Assembly: GCA_963718615.1 (NCBI GenBank)
Contig: OY970368.1
Coordinates: forward strand, 768,001-832,000
From: an uncultured cyanobacterium
GTDB lineage: Bacteria; Cyanobacteriota; Cyanobacteriia; PCC-9006; JAAUQQ01
Reading direction: 5' to 3'
Length of the DNA stretch: 64,000 nt
A program made the translations under genes and the position numbers. Below are positions 58,499 through 64,000 of this stretch, piece after piece. Each line of letters starts with the position of its first letter. The first letter of the stretch is position 1. The notes under the pieces are model-generated. The model made no database searches. It was not told the DNA's origin and was given only the letters and a program-made list of their open reading frames with translations.

Positions 58499-58511
58499 AG
58501 GGGCTGACCGA

Positions 58512-59165
58512 TTAGGCCAATTGCTCCGCAAAGTCTTCCACGGCATCAACTCCGAGCCCCCGTCGTACAATTAGGGGTTCATCACCGGTCATGTCTAGCA
58601 TGGTTGACCCTTGATGCAGTGGATCTTCGCCGTTGTCAAGGATCAGATCCACTTGATTTTCTAGGGCGTCAAACAGCTCATAGCGAGACAGAGGGCGCGG
58701 TTGCCGTTTGCCCTGGGGTGGGGGCAAAGGGGCAGAAGCCGAGATCACGGGATTGCCCAGGCTCGCCAATAGGGCCTGACAGACGGCATGGTCGGGAACC
58801 CGAATACCGGTGGTTTTGCGTTTAGGATTCAGAACCAGTTTGGGCACCAGTTTGGTGGTGGGAAGAATAAAGGTGTAGGGGCCGGGAATCAGGCGACGCA
58901 TGGTACGGTAGGCAAAATCCTGGACGATCGCATATTCCGCAATATTGGACAGCGACGAACATAAAAACGTCAGCGGTTTGTCGTTCGACATCTGCTTGAT
59001 CTGTCTAACCCGCTGTAGGGCCGCTTTAGAATTGAGGTCACAACCGATCGCATAAACTGTATCCGTGGGGTAGAGCATGACCGCGCCTGAGCGAAGCTGA
59101 TCCACGATTTGGTCGATGGTGCGCTGTTGCGGTGTATCTGGATGAAGCTCGTAGCTCGTAGCCAT
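58512..59165 (-). CDS. Sua5/YciO/YrdC family protein
   Basis: YPTDTVYAIGC, PGPYTFILP, GIRVPD, STMLD. Confidence 0.92.
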   Translation of the reverse strand: MATSYELHPDTPQQRTIDQIVDQLRSGAVMLYPTDTVYAIGCDLNSKAALQRVRQIKQMSNDKPLTFLCSSLSNIAEYAIVQDFAYRTMRRLIPGPYTFILPTTKLVPKLVLNPKRKTTGIRVPDHAVCQALLASLGNPVISASAPLPPPQGKRQPRPLSRYELFDALENQVDLILDNGEDPLHQGSTMLDMTGDEPLIVRRGLGVDAVEDFAEQLA

Positions 59166-59336
59166 GGGCCTTCCCCCGAGGATAAAGGGCAATCGATCGA
59201 GTGACCGAGTATGCGGGAATAGCATAACTCAGTTCATCGCCCTTCCAAGCTCCGGTATCAACCGTAGCAGCAGTGGCCCGAGGCAGGACTGATATGATCG
59301 GGCTCCGGACGATTTCGGAGTATCAATCAACAATCC

Positions 59337-60371
59337 GTGGGTCCTTTTCCAAGAAACTGTACGTTTAAGCCATCGGACTGGGAGATTCTGGCCCAGTTTT
59401 GGTATCCCATCGCCTTTAGTCGAGACGTGGGCGATCGCCCCCTAGGCACTCAGTTGCTCGACCAACGTCTAGTCCTCTGGCGCACAGCCCAGGGTCTATC
59501 GGTTGCCAACGATCTTTGTTTGCATCGAGGCGTTCCCTTGAGCATGGGCCATGTGCAGGCAGAACACCTGGTTTGCAAATACCATGGGTTTCACTATGAC
59601 GCTGACGGACGCTGCACCCGTATCCCAGCGGACCCTCAAGCGAAGATTCCAGCCAAACTCTGTCTGAAAACCTATCCGGTTCGAGAAGCGGCGGGGCTGG
59701 TGTGGACAACCCTCGCCGGTCAGGATTCTCTCCAGACTTCCCCCGAGGAACTGCCCCATTTCCCGGAGTGGGACGACCCGGCCTATCAGCAAATTTTGCC
59801 CGATGCGGTTGAGGTAAAGGCGGCGGCGGGACGCCAGCTAGAAGGATTTTTGGATGTGGCCCATTTTGCTTGGGTTCATGACCAGGCCTTTGGCGATCGC
59901 AATCAGCCCGAAGTGCCCCCCTACACCGTCACGCCAACCCCCCGAGGGGTGCGGGCGCAGTATTTCAGTACGGTCAGCAACTTTCCCAAGGCGCTGCAAC
60001 ACCGGGCTCCAGCGGATTTTGTGTGGTTGCGGGACTTTGAGGTGTTTCTCCCCTTTACGGCTCGGCTAACGGTTCATTTCCCGGAAGCCGGACGGCTCTG
60101 CATTCTCAACGCCGCTTCACCGGTTTCCGCCCGCCAAACCCGTGTGTTTTCGCCCCTCTGCCGCAACTTTGACCAGAACTCTCCCCTAGAGCCCGTCTAT
60201 GAATTTAACTATCAGATCTTTAGCGAAGACAAGGAAGTTGTAGAAGCCCAATACCCCGAAGACTTACCCCTGGCCCTGCGGGATGAGGTGCATATCCAAG
60301 CGGACCAAACCTCGATCGCCTATCGCAAGGCCCTGGGGGCGTTGGGGCTAGGGGCCAGCTACACGACTTAG
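59337..60371 (+). CDS. Rieske non-heme iron oxygenase (VanA/Ndm-like demethylase type)
   Basis: CLHRG...CKYHG, EGFLDVAHFAWVH, IFSEDKEVVE. Confidence 0.92.
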   Translation: MGPFPRNCTFKPSDWEILAQFWYPIAFSRDVGDRPLGTQLLDQRLVLWRTAQGLSVANDLCLHRGVPLSMGHVQAEHLVCKYHGFHYDADGRCTRIPADPQAKIPAKLCLKTYPVREAAGLVWTTLAGQDSLQTSPEELPHFPEWDDPAYQQILPDAVEVKAAAGRQLEGFLDVAHFAWVHDQAFGDRNQPEVPPYTVTPTPRGVRAQYFSTVSNFPKALQHRAPADFVWLRDFEVFLPFTARLTVHFPEAGRLCILNAASPVSARQTRVFSPLCRNFDQNSPLEPVYEFNYQIFSEDKEVVEAQYPEDLPLALRDEVHIQADQTSIAYRKALGALGLGASYTT

Positions 60372-60414
60372 CCTCGCCCCTTCAGGGCTGGGGAGTAGTC
60401 AACCCTCCATACTC

Positions 60415-62145
60415 TTAATAATGGTTGCCGACCTTGCGGTGATGCACCGCCGTAATGCCATCGGTGTTGGAGACCCGACCGCTATCGACTTTGCTATAAA
60501 CAATCCAGTGGTCGTCCCCTTCCATGCGGGTCACCACTTCGCACTCCATATAGGCCAGGGCCTCGGTCAAGATCGGTGCACCGTTGTCTGCGGGCTGGGT
60601 ATCGATGCCTGCAAAGCGGTCTTGCCCCGGCTTAAAGCGCTTGAGAAAATGGCGCATGAGGTGCTGGTAATTGCCCTCTTCGAGGACATTGAGGACGAAG
60701 CGATCGCCCACATGCATCAAGGATTCGATCGCCCGGTCCTTGGCCACCGCGATTGTAATACCCAGGGGCTCTATACTGGCCTGGGCGACCCAGGAGGCTA
60801 GCATGGCACTGGCAACTTCGCCTTTTTGGGCCGTGATGATATACAGTCCGCCGCTCAGGCGACCGAGGGCTTTGTCCAAATCCCCATCCAAGGACTTCAT
60901 TTTCTGAATGGCTTTGTCTTTGTTGAGCAACTGACCCAGATCTGTCCCGGACTCATCACAGCGTTGATAGGTGGCGTAGGTCGGGGGATCCTGGAGCTGG
61001 ATCGTCGGGAAGCCTTCCTTGAGTCCAGATTCAAGCAGACTGCTGCGGATGGGATAGACCGATTCATCATCGCCACCGCCGGTTTCAAAGAGACCAAAGA
61101 CCTGTTTGCTGTTGACCGAGGCGAGGGCTGTGCTCAGGGCGGTTTGGGTGATGCTGTTGAGCGATCGCGGCGGCATCCCGATCACAATCCCCGCTGCCAG
61201 CTCCGTCAACACCCGCACTTCGGACATATCAGAAACCCGCAGATCCATGGTTTCTACCGCAATTCCAGTTTTGGCAATGCCCTGGGCCAGGGATTTTGCC
61301 AAATGCTCGCTCTCGCCATAGTCGGACACGTAAAACAGCGCCACGGTTTTCTCTGCCTTGGCTTTGTTTTTACTCCATTCTTCGTAGCGTCCCATGAGTT
61401 CTTCCAAGTGATGCTGAATCAGCGGGCCGTGGCCCGTGGCGATCTGCTGGACTGGAGGCAGTTGGCTGACCCGCTTGAGCGCTGACAGGACGGAGCGGGC
61501 GTTGGGCTCCATCAAACAGTTGTAATAGATTTGGTAGTCTTCGCTGATCAGCTCCAGGTCTTCGTCGTAGGTGCAGTCGTCGCAGAAGTGCATGCCAAAG
61601 GCATCGCAGGTGAAGAGAATCTGGGTTTTGTGGTCGTAGGTGAAAATCGTGTCGGGCCAGTGCAGGTTGGGCGCGGAGACAAATTCCAGCTCATGACCGT
61701 TGCCGAGGTCGAGCTTTTCGCCGCTTTTGACCACTTGCTTGGTGTAGGGCCGATGGACGAGGTCATCCAAAAACTGTAGCGCCACCTTGGCTCCCACGAC
61801 GGTGATCTGGGGATTGAGTTCGAGCAGGTCAGCAACGAGGCCGCTATGGTCTGGTTCGGTGTGGCTAATGATCAGATAGTCGATTTGGGCAATGTCAATT
61901 TCGTTGCGTAGGGCCTTGAGATAGATGTCGCGAAACTTGGCGTGGGAGGAATCGACGAGGGCGGTTTTTTCGCCACGAATCAGGAAAGAGTTATAGGTGG
62001 TGCCGTTTTTGAGGCCAAATTCGATGTCAAAGCGATCGCGATCCCAGTCGAGCGATCGCAACACCGTCGTATCCTCGGCAATGGCCACGATGTCCATGGT
62101 CAGCCGAGTGGCTGTTTTGGGGGTTCGTTCTTGAGCGACTACCAT
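60415..62145 (-). CDS. Flavodiiron protein (Flv3/Flv4 clade, canonical diiron ligands)
   Basis: SHTEPDHSG, LHWPD, TCDAFG, flavodoxin domain, flavin reductase domain ending HHRKVGNHY. Confidence 0.95.
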   Translation of the reverse strand: MVVAQERTPKTATRLTMDIVAIAEDTTVLRSLDWDRDRFDIEFGLKNGTTYNSFLIRGEKTALVDSSHAKFRDIYLKALRNEIDIAQIDYLIISHTEPDHSGLVADLLELNPQITVVGAKVALQFLDDLVHRPYTKQVVKSGEKLDLGNGHELEFVSAPNLHWPDTIFTYDHKTQILFTCDAFGMHFCDDCTYDEDLELISEDYQIYYNCLMEPNARSVLSALKRVSQLPPVQQIATGHGPLIQHHLEELMGRYEEWSKNKAKAEKTVALFYVSDYGESEHLAKSLAQGIAKTGIAVETMDLRVSDMSEVRVLTELAAGIVIGMPPRSLNSITQTALSTALASVNSKQVFGLFETGGGDDESVYPIRSSLLESGLKEGFPTIQLQDPPTYATYQRCDESGTDLGQLLNKDKAIQKMKSLDGDLDKALGRLSGGLYIITAQKGEVASAMLASWVAQASIEPLGITIAVAKDRAIESLMHVGDRFVLNVLEEGNYQHLMRHFLKRFKPGQDRFAGIDTQPADNGAPILTEALAYMECEVVTRMEGDDHWIVYSKVDSGRVSNTDGITAVHHRKVGNHY

Positions 62146-62328
62146 CTCAGTTCCTCCGAATCGTCATCCCAATGGGTAAATCGACTTACTCGTTACGTTT
62201 CTTTATCTTGACTCATCTTGGGCGAATTGGTCAGCTGGGGGCTTTGAAAGTCTGGATAGGGATCATTAGAAAAAGCCATCCGATAGGATAGGAGGATAGC
62301 CTCGCAGGTGAGTGGATTGGGTAAAACG

Positions 62329-62889
62329 ATGGTTCAAACCCCTATCAAGCCGCTAACGTTGGCGGAGTTTCTGATACTGCCGGAAACGAAACCGGCGAGT
62401 GAATACATTGATGGCCAGATGATTCAAAAGCCCATGCCCAAGGGAAAACACAGCGTTATTCAAACCGAACTGGCTCCAGCGGCCAATGCGGCGCTAAAAC
62501 CGGCTCAAATTGCTCGGGCGTTTACGGAGTTGCGCTGTACGTTTGGGGGGCGATCGACGGTTCCGGATATTTCGGTGTTTGTTTGGTCTCGGATTGCACG
62601 GGATGAGAATGGCGAGGTGGCGAATGCCTTTGAGATTGCACCGGATTGGACGATTGAGATTTTGTCACCGGAGCAGAGTCAGACGAAGGTGACGAAGAAT
62701 ATTTTGCACTGTCTCAAGCATGGCGCGCGGATGGGTTGGTTGATTGATCCGCAGGAGAAGTCGGTATTAGTCTTTGAGCCGAAGCAGTCGCCGGAAATTT
62801 TTGATGAAGCGAGCCAGATGTTGCCGGTACCGGAGTTTGCGGCGGCGTTTCGGCTGACGGTGGGGGAGCTGTTTGATTGGCTACATTAG
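62329..62889 (+). CDS. Uma2 family endonuclease
   Basis: LPETKPASEY, VPDI, PDWTIEILSP. Confidence 0.93.
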   Translation: MVQTPIKPLTLAEFLILPETKPASEYIDGQMIQKPMPKGKHSVIQTELAPAANAALKPAQIARAFTELRCTFGGRSTVPDISVFVWSRIARDENGEVANAFEIAPDWTIEILSPEQSQTKVTKNILHCLKHGARMGWLIDPQEKSVLVFEPKQSPEIFDEASQMLPVPEFAAAFRLTVGELFDWLH

Positions 62890-62904
62890 CTCATGGGACA
62901 GCTC

Positions 62905-62939
62905 AAAAAGAAGCCTCCACTGAACGCAATGTGGAGGCT
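62905..62939 (-). terminator. Intrinsic terminator between convergent genes
   Basis: AGCCTCCAC-N10-GTGGAGGCT with an adjacent A-run (U-run on the minus strand). Confidence 0.7.
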
Positions 62940-63009
62940 GGGAAGATTACAAGTTGAATAACAGAACTCTTAGATCAAAAGACAAACTTCGCACTCTCTA
63001 AGGCTGTTA

Positions 63010-63519
63010 CTAGAGGCGACTCTGTGGTTTGACAGGACAGGTTCCTTTGTCTTGCATAAAGTCAGTAAAAGGAACTGATTCCTGTATATCGAGCCACTGG
63101 CCATATTTTGCAACAGACTTCGCATTAAAGTCAGCAGCGCTCTTGTAGCTATATCTACAGAAAGAGCCTTGACCGTCAGAATAGTAAACGCCAGCGTATT
63201 GGTATTTAAAGTTTCCTCCAGGGATGCTACCGTAGCACTTACCCTCAAGTTCCATTGAGTCAGGTATGCTGTTGAAGTTAAGAACTTGTGTTTTTGCGCC
63301 TCTTGTAGCAAATTTAAAGTGTGTAGGACTCGTGTATTGACAGTAAGTTGTGTCTGATGTTACACGGTATAGGTTTGCGCCATGAAAGCTAAAGTTGACT
63401 CCGACAGGAATCTTTTGTGCAGAGGCAGGAGTGGCCATCCCTCCCATTACTGTCGCAAACAGAAATGCAGATGCAGTAACACGGCTACCTAGTTTCATTG
63501 ACTTGATTGCTTGTAACAT
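63010..63519 (-). CDS. Secreted hypothetical protein with two internal Cys-pair repeats
   Basis: Signal peptide ending ASA|Q; IPxGxNF...C.Y...M...GxC occurs twice. Confidence 0.75.
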   Translation of the reverse strand: MLQAIKSMKLGSRVTASAFLFATVMGGMATPASAQKIPVGVNFSFHGANLYRVTSDTTYCQYTSPTHFKFATRGAKTQVLNFNSIPDSMELEGKCYGSIPGGNFKYQYAGVYYSDGQGSFCRYSYKSAADFNAKSVAKYGQWLDIQESVPFTDFMQDKGTCPVKPQSRL

Positions 63520-64000
63520 TATTTTTCTTCCTGACTATTTTTCTTAGATGAACGACTTTGCAGATGTTGAGTTAACATTCACGAGGTTTAACACTCATGA
63601 AAAGTTATACATAACTGTTCTAAATCATTCCCGAAACTGTCTCAAAATCTATCGCCAAAAACTCTGTTTTGTCCACAATAGAGCTCTTGTCGGCAATAGA
63701 GAATTAATAAATTAGTGCAAGCGTACATATACTGATTATCGTATGCTTAGCACTTAAAATCTTGAAGTTTCCACGCACTTTCATCTGAGATGGAAATTGC
63801 AAGGAACAGTTTCTCCGTGTCCTAGAGGTTAAAAAGCGCATCAGGTTTTTAGGTATATAAATCACAGAGAATAGCTCATCTGGTGATTATAAATCGCTGA
63901 AACTCTACTGGCTTGAATAACCTCTAGAAGGGACGTTAGGCTATATTAGAGCCCTGGTATTTGTGGGGGAGAAGTGGGTAGACTCCCTAGATGAAGACAA

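Overview
This is a 64-kb cyanobacterial chromosomal window; the HIP1 octamer GCGATCGC is dense in core genes and I did not see it in several AT-rich patches. No rRNA, tRNA or CRISPR array was seen. Housekeeping genes include mnmA, dxr, rpsF, an RND pump with MarR, a radical SAM protein, nrdJ with three inteins, Tic20, a Mn/Zn-binding protein, Sua5/YciO and a flavodiiron protein. They are interleaved with accessory DNA. (1) An integrase-less integron-like platform: attI-like site, then a P-loop ATPase cassette with a canonical attC, then an inverted GmrSD gene. (2) A CHAT(caspase-like)-STAND-TPR gene preceded by a small hydrophobic-hairpin protein, a candidate protease-activated membrane effector system; two other CHAT genes are in the window. 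(3) A YcaO cyclodehydratase plus azoline oxidase pair with no visible precursor. (4) An intact-looking TnpB element whose ends, TAM and guide can be read and whose excision restores an Rpn gene start. (5) Three DDE insertion sequences without target duplications, several internally deleted pseudogenes and small palindromic repeats. All family calls come from motif recognition by eye, not database searches.
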